IMG/VR virus record: IMGVR_UViG_3300008110_000034
Span: 1 to 64,000 of that record
Reading direction: 5' to 3' (one strand)
DNA from: a virus
Length of the DNA: 64,000 nt
Under the pieces are notes generated by a model. The model saw nothing but the letters and a program-made list of their open reading frames with translations. It made no database searches and was not told the origin of the DNA. The translations under genes and the position numbers were made by a program. Positions 1-9,941 of the stretch are shown here, piece after piece; position 1 is the first letter of the stretch, and each line of letters opens with the position of its first letter.

Positions 1-2036
1 ACTGCTCAGGAGCAGATGCTGACATTGACAGCAATGGCAATATCTACATTTGCGGACAATTTGACATTACCGACGGCCCTTTTCCTGGTACTGGTATAGC
101 CTTGGTTAAATTTGACAGCACGGGTGTTAAACAATGGAGTCGTCGTGTGGAAGGCGACTGTATTTCAACCGCTACTAGTATAGTAGTTGGACCTGATGAC
201 AAACTTTATATATCAGGCGTTAATGGCGACGAGATTGCGGAAACGTTTACTTGGGTAGTGGCCAAATACAGTCTTGATGGTCTAGTGGAATGGCAACGAT
301 TTATTGAAAACACTGATAGTTGGACATTTGCTGGTACGTTGTTTGGCCCAGAAAGTGGTGGCAGCAACATAGCAGTTAGACAGGGTTATGTGGCACTGGC
401 AGGCGGATTTGGTAGTGTTGACCAGCAAGTTTATGCCGCTGTGCTACAAATCTCAGACACGGGCAATGTGTTCGCAGCGGGCCCTTGGAGCGTTACAGTC
501 GCAAACCTCAGCGGCACACTCAACGGCACAGCCAGTGACATTGGAGTAGTCAACGCCGATCTAACTGACTCAGACAATGCGTTAACTGTCAGTGCTGACT
601 CAGTTACTCTTGAAACAGAAGTTGGCGCCTTCCTCATAGGTACTTTATACACAGCACCTGGCGGCGACAACAGTTTAGTTAACGGTGTGTATTCCGTTGT
701 TTTAGGCGATACTGGCACAGTGACATTGCCAGCAGGTGGTACTATCACAGAAGGTTATGTTACCAGCAATCCCACAATTCAACTTACTCCAGCAAGTCCA
801 GATGTGGCCAGTCAGAAGTTGGTGATCAAAGGCGGCGGAGCACCCAACTATACCTATACCGACAATGGTATAAACATAAACTATTATAATAACACCGCTC
901 TAGTTGGTGATACTCTTACTTTCTACATATATTCACCTACTTACGCTGACCAAACGCTCTACTGGTGGATCTATCCAGAGGGTGCTAACATATCAGATCC
1001 AGGATCAGGCACAGTAGTATTGACTGGCAGTAACGGCACTATTAGTTTTGAACTAGACAGTGATGACAATGAGTTTACTATTCGTGTATCACCTGAAGAG
1101 AATAACTATGACCCTTCGAGTTTAGGTGTTCAATCAGGATTGATCAACGCTGACGCACCTACTTTTAATGTTGAGCATCACTTACATTTGACCACAGGCG
1201 ACTTGGCTGAGACCAGTATCTTCTTGGGCACTGATGATCACAATGTTCGCACAACAGTCAACGGTGGTATTGAAATAACCACTCCTAACGAAACTAATAA
1301 TGTTTGGCAGTTTGGCACAGATGGTTCATTAACCATACCAGGCCATATACACAGTGAAGGCAACATCAATATTGACATCAACTTGTCAGACTCAACTCTG
1401 CGTAGATGGACATTTGGTGAAGATGGTTCACTGACATTGCCAGGCGATATGGCCATAGAAACTACCTACGGTGGAGGCCCTACACTGGTTATAGACGGCA
1501 GAGCAAACACAGTAGAACTTAGATCAGATACTACTATTCTTATTGGCTACAATAGCAGCAGTGGTAACGTGTTTATTGGTAATCAAGAAAGCGGCCAAGT
1601 TGATATAGTAAGTAATAAGTTTAGAGTATTTGCACCGGCACCGGCAACCAGCATAGGAGCAGCTGGAGATCAAGCAGGGCAAGTAGCATTTAATGGTTCC
1701 TACATATACTATTGTACCTCAAACTACGTTTTAGTAGGACATCAGATCACTGTTGCTACTGCTTACAATGGTGAGACAGTGTTTAACACCAACGTTTTCC
1801 AATTGACCAAAAATGCTAACACACTTCAAATCACAGAAGGAGATATTATCTCTGACAGTGACGGTGGGGCAACCAGCACAGTGGTAAATTTATCCAGCGA
1901 TGACAATTACATCTATATAGGCACAGGTGCTGAGACACCTTATAACGCGGTATTTCCTTTGACTTTTACCAGCACAAATTATGCGTCTAGCGGTAATATT
2001 TGGAAGCGTTTGGCCTGGAGTGGGGATACTTGGTAA
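1..2036 (+). CDS. Tail fibre / receptor-binding protein (5' partial)
   Basis: Frame is open from the window start. Beta-propeller-like N-terminus, repeated W-x-FG-x-DG-x-LT-x-PG modules, and a C-terminal APATSIGAAGDQAGQVAF...YIYYC...WKR tail-fibre-type motif. Confidence 0.6.
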   Translation, partial: CSGADADIDSNGNIYICGQFDITDGPFPGTGIALVKFDSTGVKQWSRRVEGDCISTATSIVVGPDDKLYISGVNGDEIAETFTWVVAKYSLDGLVEWQRFIENTDSWTFAGTLFGPESGGSNIAVRQGYVALAGGFGSVDQQVYAAVLQISDTGNVFAAGPWSVTVANLSGTLNGTASDIGVVNADLTDSDNALTVSADSVTLETEVGAFLIGTLYTAPGGDNSLVNGVYSVVLGDTGTVTLPAGGTITEGYVTSNPTIQLTPASPDVASQKLVIKGGGAPNYTYTDNGININYYNNTALVGDTLTFYIYSPTYADQTLYWWIYPEGANISDPGSGTVVLTGSNGTISFELDSDDNEFTIRVSPEENNYDPSSLGVQSGLINADAPTFNVEHHLHLTTGDLAETSIFLGTDDHNVRTTVNGGIEITTPNETNNVWQFGTDGSLTIPGHIHSEGNINIDINLSDSTLRRWTFGEDGSLTLPGDMAIETTYGGGPTLVIDGRANTVELRSDTTILIGYNSSSGNVFIGNQESGQVDIVSNKFRVFAPAPATSIGAAGDQAGQVAFNGSYIYYCTSNYVLVGHQITVATAYNGETVFNTNVFQLTKNANTLQITEGDIISDSDGGATSTVVNLSSDDNYIYIGTGAETPYNAVFPLTFTSTNYASSGNIWKRLAWSGDTW

Positions 2037-2098
2037 TCAATAACAAATGACAATAATTTTAATCACACTACTGGGTAAAATAAGGTTTAATAAAAATT

Positions 2099-2860
2099 AT
2101 GATTAACTTTAATAAAAACAATATAAATTTTTCTTTACCCCGTGATAAATTTGATTCTAGAGATTACACCTATAATAGATCTGTAGTTCCTAGTGTAAAT
2201 TATATTGATTTTAGAAACGAATGTAGTCCTATTGAAAATCAAGGACAGTTAGGAAGCTGTACTGGTCAGGCACTAGCAGGAGCCATTGAATTAGTAAACA
2301 GAAAACTTAATAAAAAACATGATGTAAGTAGACTTTTTATCTATTATCAAGAACGTGTACTAATGAACACCGTAAATGAAGATAGCGGAGCTAGTATTAG
2401 AGATGGTATTAGAGCTGTCAGTAAATGGGGAGCTCCGCTTGAAACTTTTTGGCCTTATACTATTAAAAGATTTGCTCAGGCTCCTAATAAACAAGCTTAT
2501 ACAGATGCGTTGAAAAGAAAAGTAACAGAATATCGTAGAATATTAACATTTAGTGATGTTATAAATGCGGTTTCACAAAAAACTCCTGTTATTTTTGGAT
2601 TTGCAGTTTACGAAAGTTTTGTCAGCAACAAAGTAGCATACACAGGAGTTATGCCTATGCCGTCTGCAAACGAAGAATTTTTAGGAGGTCATGCTGTAAT
2701 GCTAGTAGGTTTTGATAAATCTAGTAGAAGATTTATAGTTAGAAACAGTTGGGGAGCTAATTGGGGACTAAAAGGTTACTTTTATATGCCGTTTAGCGTA
2801 GTTGAGAATTCAGATTTATCCTGGGATTTCTGGGCTATTACCCGAGTTCAGAATCCTTGA
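2099..2860 (+). CDS. Papain-like (C1A) cysteine peptidase
   Basis: QGQLGSCTG (catalytic Cys), GGHAV (His), RNSWG (Asn). Confidence 0.9.
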   Translation: MINFNKNNINFSLPRDKFDSRDYTYNRSVVPSVNYIDFRNECSPIENQGQLGSCTGQALAGAIELVNRKLNKKHDVSRLFIYYQERVLMNTVNEDSGASIRDGIRAVSKWGAPLETFWPYTIKRFAQAPNKQAYTDALKRKVTEYRRILTFSDVINAVSQKTPVIFGFAVYESFVSNKVAYTGVMPMPSANEEFLGGHAVMLVGFDKSSRRFIVRNSWGANWGLKGYFYMPFSVVENSDLSWDFWAITRVQNP

Positions 2861-2883
2861 ACAGGTCTAAATTCATTTTTTGA

Positions 2884-2889
2884 TAAATA
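2884..2889 (+). promoter_or_regulatory. T4-like late promoter core TAAATA
   Basis: Intergenic TAAATA 20 nt before ATG 2910; the motif recurs before many structural genes. Confidence 0.55.
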
Positions 2890-2909
2890 AAAAAAAGAGA
2901 TTAATTATT

Positions 2910-3353
2910 ATGCCCATAGATACAATTAATTTAGGAAACTATGCCAATGACGGAACTGGAGATGATCTGCGTTCTGCATTTAGTAAAGTTAACAGTGCAT
3001 TTGACACTTTAAATCAATTCATTACTAATAATGCTGGTACAGTCAACACCGGTTCAAGCGGACGACTTGCGTACTATCCCACTAATGGGACTACCGTTTC
3101 AGCTAGTAATAATCAATTAGTGTGGAACAATGGACTTGGATTATTAACAGTTAATCAAGTTAATGCTAACAATATCGAATCAACAGTGTACGGTATCGAT
3201 GTTAGAAATATATTATCTTGGGATTTTGGAAATTTTGGAAATAGTTTTGATAATCCAATACAGTATTTACTGACTCAGCAGGATATTGATTTTGGGTCAT
3301 TCATTCCTACATCGTTCGATCAGGACATTGATCTTGATCTTGGAATATTTTAA
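2910..3353 (+). CDS. Baseplate/tail structural protein with T4 gp9/gp10-like N-terminus
   Basis: INLGNYANDGTGDDLRSAFSKVN motif. ATG at 2910 preferred over the track start at 2880. Confidence 0.55.
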   Translation: MPIDTINLGNYANDGTGDDLRSAFSKVNSAFDTLNQFITNNAGTVNTGSSGRLAYYPTNGTTVSASNNQLVWNNGLGLLTVNQVNANNIESTVYGIDVRNILSWDFGNFGNSFDNPIQYLLTQQDIDFGSFIPTSFDQDIDLDLGIF

Positions 3354-3366
3354 TTAGGAGATTACG

Positions 3367-4737
3367 ATGGTTTTAAGAATTAGACAAGGTTTAGACTCCG
3401 ATAGGGAATCATTTACTCCTGCTAGCGGTGAACTAATTTATACCACAGACCAAAAAGAAGTCTGGGTTGGAGATGGAACAACTGCAGGTGGTATTGCAGT
3501 CAGTGGCGGAGGTGGTGGTGGAGGTGCAACTACATTAGGAGCACTAAATGATGTAGTAATATCAGATCCCACAGTTGGGGAAGTTTTAAAATACGACGGA
3601 ACTAACTGGGTAAACGATACTGATGCATCAGGCGGTGGCGGATTAACTACTGAAGAAGTAGAAGATATCGTAGCTGCTATGTTTGCAGACGGTTCACAAA
3701 CAAATATTACTATTACGTATAATGATAATGGCACAGGTAACGGAACGTTTGATGTTACTGCCAATGCAGGTGGCGGTGGTTCAGGAAATGTGGGAGCAGG
3801 TATCGCTGGACGTTTAGCCTATTATGCAACCACTGGTACAACTGTTACTGATGTAGGTTCGGGTGTTAATTGGGATAATGACACTAACACACTTACTTTA
3901 AATAACCTAGTGTTCAACGGTAGCTCAATTAGCACAGATGATTCAGGCGCAATTGAATTAGCTAATGTAGTACACATGTTAAGTGATATTCAAGTTGACG
4001 GGGATATTTTTATCTCCCCAGGTTATCATGTATATGCAGACGGTTTCCATAACGACGATAACATTGCTATCGTACCAACGGGCGGTGAAGGTGTAGTAGC
4101 CATTGGTGGTTTCTTAAACGGTGAAGATTACGGAGCAAAATTAGAAGTTAGAGCATGGGAAACACAAGTTGGATTTAATCCAATCTATGGCGGCAATTCA
4201 ATGACATCGTTTATCAATATATTTGGTAATCCAGGCGACCCAAGTGTTCAACCACCTTCCGTTGCTCTTTGCCGTGCTAGAGGTACTCCGACGGCACAAT
4301 TACCAGTTGAAAATTATGATAGTGCAGGTATCCTAAGCTTTAACTTATGGGACGGTGATAATTTTGTACTGTCTGCAGGCTTTGGTCATATTCTTACTGG
4401 TGCACCAAGCAGTAATGTTATGCCAGGCGGTCTTGGATGCTTTGTTGCTAACAGTAGTGGAGTTTCAACACAAATTTGGTTCGTTGACGGACAAAATGAG
4501 AGATTTGACGTACAAAGAAACTTAGTAATGTCAGAAATCAATCCTATAACATTTGTTAACGATCCTTCTAAAACATTAAGTATTACAACTCCAAGAGTAA
4601 AATTTACTCCATTAACTTCTGTTGAAAGAGATGCACTTACAGGTGTAGAGGTTGGAGAAGTTATTTTTAATACAACTTCAACTAAATTACAAGTATGCAG
4701 CGCAATTGGCCCAGTTGTCTGGGACGATCTAAACTGA
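3367..4737 (+). CDS. Tail fibre protein with Mtd_N-like N-terminal domain
   Basis: LRIRQG...GELIYTTDQKEVWVGDGTTAGG, Gly-rich linkers, LGALNDV repeat. Confidence 0.6.
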   Translation: MVLRIRQGLDSDRESFTPASGELIYTTDQKEVWVGDGTTAGGIAVSGGGGGGGATTLGALNDVVISDPTVGEVLKYDGTNWVNDTDASGGGGLTTEEVEDIVAAMFADGSQTNITITYNDNGTGNGTFDVTANAGGGGSGNVGAGIAGRLAYYATTGTTVTDVGSGVNWDNDTNTLTLNNLVFNGSSISTDDSGAIELANVVHMLSDIQVDGDIFISPGYHVYADGFHNDDNIAIVPTGGEGVVAIGGFLNGEDYGAKLEVRAWETQVGFNPIYGGNSMTSFINIFGNPGDPSVQPPSVALCRARGTPTAQLPVENYDSAGILSFNLWDGDNFVLSAGFGHILTGAPSSNVMPGGLGCFVANSSGVSTQIWFVDGQNERFDVQRNLVMSEINPITFVNDPSKTLSITTPRVKFTPLTSVERDALTGVEVGEVIFNTTSTKLQVCSAIGPVVWDDLN

Positions 4738-4751
4738 TCTAGTTAATTTAT

Positions 4752-4782
4752 AAAAAGGCGAGTTTTTAGCTCGCCTTTTTTT
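4752..4782 (+). terminator. Rho-independent terminator (possibly bidirectional)
   Basis: AAAAAGGCGAG-TTTTTAG-CTCGCCTTTTT followed by TT. Confidence 0.85.
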
Positions 4783-4809
4783 ACGATTAAAAATAACATC
4801 AAAATAGGG

Positions 4810-4815
4810 TAAATA
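4810..4815 (+). promoter_or_regulatory. T4-like late promoter core TAAATA
   Basis: Intergenic, followed by an AGGA SD and ATG 4835. Confidence 0.6.
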
Positions 4816-4834
4816 TATTATTATAGGAATAGAT

Positions 4835-7693
4835 ATGAGTTTATTACCGTCGTGGACTGTTAAATCTGGTTACAAATTTCCAAGTATTGAGGAAAGAACA
4901 GTTGTTGACTTGCCCTTGCCCTTGGACTTTACAAATCTTGATGCGGGTGACGACAGTACAGATGTGACATTTACAAAAATATCAGGAAATCTTCCTCCAG
5001 GTCTAAGACTCGAAAGTAGTAGCATAGTAGGAACACCTTTTGAAGTAGCTAGACCTACTGATTTTGAATTTGTTATTAGAGCTAGTAGAGGATCTGCAAT
5101 TTCAGATCGAACTTTAATAATTACAATCAACGGAGCAGATCCTCCAGTTTGGATTACACCTTCGGGCGATTTACCAATTGGTACTAATCAAAACTATTTT
5201 ATATTAGACAGTAGTTTAGTAGAGTTTCCGCTTACAGCTATAGACTTTGACACTCCAACAGGACAAACTCTAAAATATTTTATTGACAAGGGCGCAGGTG
5301 AACTACCTCCTGGTTTAATTTTAACTGAAGATGGAAGAATTACCGGATTTATTCAACCGGCACTAATTATTAGACAAACTGACGACAAAGGATATTATGA
5401 TCAAGGATTATATGACAGTGTAGGATATGACTTTGGCTATAGATCTAGTAACGGTTATGATAGTTTTGTTTATGATAGTGTTTTTTATGATTTTGCAAAC
5501 AATTCAACTACACCAAGAAAACTTAACAGAAAATATCAATTTATTGTTAGTGTAAGCGACGGTGACGTTGTTGCTAAAAGACAATTCAACATTTATGTAG
5601 TTGGTGATGATTTCTTAAGAGCAGATAACGTTATTACTACTGCCGGTAATGGAGTCTTTACTGTTGACAGCACTTATCTTAGATCTCCGTTGTGGTTAAC
5701 TTCTACTGATCTAGGAATAAAAAGAGCTAATAATTATCTTACATTCTTACTTGACGTATATGAAGGTCCAGGTATAGTTGATCCAGTTTTTTATAACTTA
5801 GAAATTGTAGATAGATCATGGGTAGCTCAACAAACTTTTGAAACACTAATTAGAAAAACTAATACTGTTACAGTAACACAAAGTTACAATCACGGACTAA
5901 AAACTGGCGATAAAATTAAAATTGTCAGTAGTATTCCTAACCTTACAGTTGACTCTGCTGAAGTAACTGTAATAAATTCTAGAAAATTTAGATTTCAAAA
6001 CAGAGGAAAACCATATGTAGGAGAATGGCAACCTAGTACTGTTTATATCTTTAATCAAATTGTGTTACACAATACAAAACTTTATCAATGTAGTAAAGGA
6101 CACACTTCTACTAGTAATTTTAATGACGACAATGATCTCCTTTATTGGATTGAGGTAGCCGACAGTGTTTCAAATCTTGGAACTTTTAGCAAAGTTTACG
6201 AACTTAACGATCGTGCAAGTTATTTAGGAAAAGATTATATTTGTAAAATACCGCATGTTACAGGACTTGGATTTCAATTAGTGCAATGGGAGTTATATGG
6301 ATTACCTCCAGGTATGATGTTTGATTCAAGAAACGGGGAAGTATTCGGAGTAGTACCTTATCAATCAGCTATAACTAAAAATTATAAATTTACAATCACT
6401 GCAACTAGGTATAGTTCAGGAACAGAAACTGCGTCTACTGCAAGAACTTTTAGTGTAAAAATTCTTGGAGAAATTGACAGCACAATGTCTTGGATCACTG
6501 ACACCGACTTAGGTTCTATTGGCGGAAACTTTTTCAGTACTTTTAAAATAGAAGCTACTTCAATTGCTAAAAATCCGTTAATAAATTACGCTATTATACA
6601 AGGTAGCTTACCTCCCGGCCTAAGTCTAAATCTTGACGGGGAGATTGTTGGTAGAGTTAATCAATTTGAGTTTCCAAATAACCCAGGTCTAACAACATTT
6701 GATAACAGAGATTTTATCTTAGACGGAGGTACAACCACTGTTGATAGAGTGTTTACATTTACAGTATTGGCTCAAGATCAATATCTTTATAGTGCTATAA
6801 CTAAAGAATTTAATATAATAGTTACTACACCTAATGATAAGCCTTATAGCTACATTTATGTGCAACCATTTTTATCGTTAGATCAACGCGAAAAATTTAA
6901 AAACTTTATAAATGACTCAAACGTTTTTACTCCTAATAAGCTTTGGAGATTAAATGATTCGTTATTTGGAGTTCAAAAAGATTTAAGAATGCTAGTGTAC
7001 GCAGGCATTGAAACAAAAACTGCTGCTGAATACGTAAGTGCGATTGGATTGAATCACAAAAAGAAAAGATTCATTTTTGGAGAGGTTAAAAAAGCTTACG
7101 GAATTCCATTAGATACACAAAGAATTGCATATGAGGTAATTTACGTAGAAATGATTGATCCATTAGAAATAGGGAAAAAACATCTACCTCCTACAATACT
7201 AACTAAAGAAAAAGATTATCCGCCAATTACTGTAGATAATTCTGATATACAATGGTATGGACTAGACAGAATTGACGACTTAAATAAAAAAGAACCCTAC
7301 GCACCAAGACCAACTACAAGAATAAGCGTAGATCAAACTAATTTACAGGTCAGCGATCCCGAGCCAAGAACACGTTATCCAAACAGCGTTAGTAACTGGC
7401 AATATCGATTAAAGAATATGCCGAACGCCAGTACTGAAAGAAACTATCTATTTTCGTGGATGAGGACTGTACAGCCGGGATCTAAACAAGAATTAGGATA
7501 TGTCAAGGCGGTAATATTATGCTATTGCAAGCCCGGAGAAGGTGACTACATACTGTTAAACATAAAGAACAGTGGTTTTAATTTTAAAGATTTAGATTAT
7601 ACTGTAGATAGATATTATATTGATTACGTTCTTGATCAAAATACATTAGGTAAATATATCGCATTTAAAGATGATAAGGTAACAATAACATGA
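4835..7693 (+). CDS. Large virion structural (baseplate wedge-like) protein with Ig-like repeats
   Basis: Repeated G-x-LPPG-L-x-L...G-x-I-x-G Ig-like (He_PIG-type) units, and a CBM-like EWQPSTVY...VLHNTKLYQC insert. Confidence 0.55.
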   Translation: MSLLPSWTVKSGYKFPSIEERTVVDLPLPLDFTNLDAGDDSTDVTFTKISGNLPPGLRLESSSIVGTPFEVARPTDFEFVIRASRGSAISDRTLIITINGADPPVWITPSGDLPIGTNQNYFILDSSLVEFPLTAIDFDTPTGQTLKYFIDKGAGELPPGLILTEDGRITGFIQPALIIRQTDDKGYYDQGLYDSVGYDFGYRSSNGYDSFVYDSVFYDFANNSTTPRKLNRKYQFIVSVSDGDVVAKRQFNIYVVGDDFLRADNVITTAGNGVFTVDSTYLRSPLWLTSTDLGIKRANNYLTFLLDVYEGPGIVDPVFYNLEIVDRSWVAQQTFETLIRKTNTVTVTQSYNHGLKTGDKIKIVSSIPNLTVDSAEVTVINSRKFRFQNRGKPYVGEWQPSTVYIFNQIVLHNTKLYQCSKGHTSTSNFNDDNDLLYWIEVADSVSNLGTFSKVYELNDRASYLGKDYICKIPHVTGLGFQLVQWELYGLPPGMMFDSRNGEVFGVVPYQSAITKNYKFTITATRYSSGTETASTARTFSVKILGEIDSTMSWITDTDLGSIGGNFFSTFKIEATSIAKNPLINYAIIQGSLPPGLSLNLDGEIVGRVNQFEFPNNPGLTTFDNRDFILDGGTTTVDRVFTFTVLAQDQYLYSAITKEFNIIVTTPNDKPYSYIYVQPFLSLDQREKFKNFINDSNVFTPNKLWRLNDSLFGVQKDLRMLVYAGIETKTAAEYVSAIGLNHKKKRFIFGEVKKAYGIPLDTQRIAYEVIYVEMIDPLEIGKKHLPPTILTKEKDYPPITVDNSDIQWYGLDRIDDLNKKEPYAPRPTTRISVDQTNLQVSDPEPRTRYPNSVSNWQYRLKNMPNASTERNYLFSWMRTVQPGSKQELGYVKAVILCYCKPGEGDYILLNIKNSGFNFKDLDYTVDRYYIDYVLDQNTLGKYIAFKDDKVTIT

Positions 7694-8265
7694 CAAGTCA
7701 AATAGATCCAAGTGGGATCGATCCCACTTATCCAAAAGCTGGAAAAGATAATAACAGTCAAGGATTCAGAGATAATTTTGGTTATATACAAACTGCTTTA
7801 GAAGTTGCAGCAGGTGAACTTAGTGATTTACAATCCAAAGTAGTGTTGAAAGAACCCTTAGAAGGTGACATAGCAGTTGATAATGATCTTCTTGGTAATA
7901 CCCTATATAACGCAATTTATGCAGAATTACATGGAAAAGTATATGGACCAGTTAATACTAACGGAACTGTAAATGTTAGTATTGTCGACGGTCCTTATCA
8001 AGTGTTTACTGCTACGGGAAATACAACTCTTAGATTTGAAGATTGGCCAGAAGAAGGTTGGGCAAAACTAACAGTTGAAATTAAGGGCGATACCCTCGGA
8101 GAGTACATTCTTAATTTTAGTACAGAAGGTGGCGGTACTATTAAAAAAGATACAGGATTTCCAGTAACATTTACATTACCAATTCCTGGAACAATTAGAA
8201 TTATAGAAGTATGGTCTAGGGACGGTGGTACTAATGTCTTTTTAAAATACATTGGAGATTGGTAA
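7690..8265 (+). CDS. Hypothetical virion structural protein
   Basis: IDPTYPKAGKDNNSQGFRDNF N-terminus; translationally coupled to the upstream gene. Confidence 0.5.
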   Translation: MTSQIDPSGIDPTYPKAGKDNNSQGFRDNFGYIQTALEVAAGELSDLQSKVVLKEPLEGDIAVDNDLLGNTLYNAIYAELHGKVYGPVNTNGTVNVSIVDGPYQVFTATGNTTLRFEDWPEEGWAKLTVEIKGDTLGEYILNFSTEGGGTIKKDTGFPVTFTLPIPGTIRIIEVWSRDGGTNVFLKYIGDW

Positions 8266-8495
8266 TGCACCCTTTAGCAGTCGATTGTTCTAATCTTAAA
8301 GATTCTGAAATCGAAACTAAAATACAAGATTTGTCTAGGAAATATTGGATGACAAGAAATCCAGATATACAGCGACAAGTTGTTAGTTTATTAGAACATT
8401 ACAAAATGGAAATTGCACAACGACGTGCAAAATATTGGCAAGAGCAAAACGAAAAAAGAGATACAGATCTTGACAACTTGATTAAAATAAATTAA
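8265..8495 (+). CDS. Small hypothetical protein
   Basis: ATG overlaps the previous TAA; GGAG upstream. Confidence 0.55.
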   Translation: MHPLAVDCSNLKDSEIETKIQDLSRKYWMTRNPDIQRQVVSLLEHYKMEIAQRRAKYWQEQNEKRDTDLDNLIKIN

Positions 8496-8498
8496 AAT
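8470..8498 (+). promoter_or_regulatory. Sigma70-type promoter
   Basis: TTGACA (8470-8475), 17 nt, TAAAAT (8493-8498). Confidence 0.65.
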
Positions 8499-8504
8499 AG
8501 TGCT

Positions 8505-9005
8505 ATGCATTATGATAAATTTAAACGTCCAATATTTAATGACTCAGATCTAATCGAAATTTTATATGAAAAAAATCTCGAGTGTCTAAATAATACATTA
8601 GTTGAAGCTAGTTCGGATGTTTTAAAATTTAACACTTTCACTGATAATCTACTAAAAGTCCGTTCAAATGATACTATTGATCAGGAAACCTTTGATCAAA
8701 CATCGCAACAAGAATGGTTTATGCCCGAAGAATATAAAAAAATGGACATCGAAAGCTACTTAGTACAGACATGTCCTGAAGAAAATTATCAAAGATTAAT
8801 CGAAGAATTACAAGAATTTCGGAAAAGAAATATGTTGGATCTACTACGTTGGCTTAAATATTTTGTAGATACTGCTAAACAAAGAAACATAATTTGGGGA
8901 GTAGGACGAGGATCTAGTGTGGCAAGTTATGTACTCTATCTAATTGGTGTACATAAAATTGATAGTATAAAGTACAAATTAGATTGGAAAGAATTCTTAA
9001 GATAA
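8505..9005 (+). CDS. Truncated DNA polymerase III alpha (DnaE)-like protein
   Basis: YQRLIEEL...WGVGRGSSVASYVLYLIGVHKIDSIKYKLDWKEFL matches the DnaE GRGS region; only 166 aa. Confidence 0.8.
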   Translation: MHYDKFKRPIFNDSDLIEILYEKNLECLNNTLVEASSDVLKFNTFTDNLLKVRSNDTIDQETFDQTSQQEWFMPEEYKKMDIESYLVQTCPEENYQRLIEELQEFRKRNMLDLLRWLKYFVDTAKQRNIIWGVGRGSSVASYVLYLIGVHKIDSIKYKLDWKEFLR

Positions 9006-9017
9006 GGAGAGCATATT

Positions 9018-9353
9018 ATGAGCATGAAATCACCAGGACGCACAGTGTATAAAACTATGCAAGGAAAAGAAATTGATTTAGAAAAATTACGCAAAAAAAA
9101 TGAACTTACTTTAGCAGTTGGTAATGTTAGAGTCAATGCCCGAGGTGACGAACTTGGTCCAGGAGGAAAGATAGTTAAAAAACGAGAAGATGCTGTTAAA
9201 GAATATTACACAACTCATGCAGATTCTGTTCCTCATTCTGAGCCAACTGTATCTGTTCCAGGTGCAAAGTTTGCTGAACAAAAAGACCTAATTGATAAAA
9301 AGTTCCAAAAACCATTAAAGAAAAAAAGTGTAACTAATAAGGTCCAAAAATGA
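9018..9353 (+). CDS. Hypothetical protein
   Basis: AGGAG SD, clean ORF. Confidence 0.6.
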   Translation: MSMKSPGRTVYKTMQGKEIDLEKLRKKNELTLAVGNVRVNARGDELGPGGKIVKKREDAVKEYYTTHADSVPHSEPTVSVPGAKFAEQKDLIDKKFQKPLKKKSVTNKVQK

Positions 9354-9688
9354 ACGTTGTAAAAGGAACTATAAAACCTCTTCGAAAAAATATTCTAGTA
9401 ACGAATATGAATTTTGACGGGATCACTACAACTGGTGGAATTTATATTCCTAGTGACGACGGAAAGACTAGAGGAGTTAAGCCACGGTGGGGTCAAGTAT
9501 GGGCAATTGGGCCAGAACAAAACGATGTTGAGGTCGGTGATTGGATTCTAATAGAACACGGCCGTTGGACTAGAGGTGTTAAGGTCGAAGAGGATGGTAA
9601 AGAATTTGTTATTCGAAGAGTAGACATTGATGCTGTTTTGATTAAAACAGATCAAAAACCAAGTGACGAATACATTGCCTACGATTAA
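9350..9688 (+). CDS. groES: GroES/Cpn10 co-chaperonin
   Basis: IKPLRKNILV...GGIYIP...GQVWAIGP...VEVGDWIL pattern. Confidence 0.85.
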   Translation: MNVVKGTIKPLRKNILVTNMNFDGITTTGGIYIPSDDGKTRGVKPRWGQVWAIGPEQNDVEVGDWILIEHGRWTRGVKVEEDGKEFVIRRVDIDAVLIKTDQKPSDEYIAYD

Positions 9689-9703
9689 AAGATAAAAAAT
9701 CTT

Positions 9704-9742
9704 AATAGGGCCATTGACAGGCCCTATTTTTTTCTGTATAAT
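9704..9742 (+). promoter_or_regulatory. Terminator hairpin overlapping a sigma70 promoter
   Basis: AATAGGGCC-ATTGACA-GGCCCTATT plus T tract; TTGACA (9714-9719) in the loop, 17 nt, TATAAT (9737-9742). Confidence 0.8.
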
Positions 9743-9764
9743 ATCTAAACAATATGGAGAAACT

Positions 9765-9941
9765 ATGTCAGTGCTTGATATACAACCTAAAGATACTAGT
9801 AAAGGGCATTTTTATGTTAGCCTTGCTAAAAGTGGAATTAGAATATTTGCTGGCGGTGTATTAATGGCCGGAAACATTTGGCTAGCTGGTGTGTGCATTG
9901 TACTAGCCGAAGTGCTAGGTGTAATTGAAGAAATTGTATGA
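9765..9941 (+). CDS. Small membrane protein
   Basis: GGAG SD, ATG 9765, hydrophobic C-terminal half. Confidence 0.55.
   Translation: MSVLDIQPKDTSKGHFYVSLAKSGIRIFAGGVLMAGNIWLAGVCIVLAEVLGVIEEIV

Noticed and set aside
3367-4737. Diversity-generating retroelement suggested by the Mtd_N-like fibre
   Set aside because: No reverse transcriptase and no template/variable repeat pair differing at adenines in the window.
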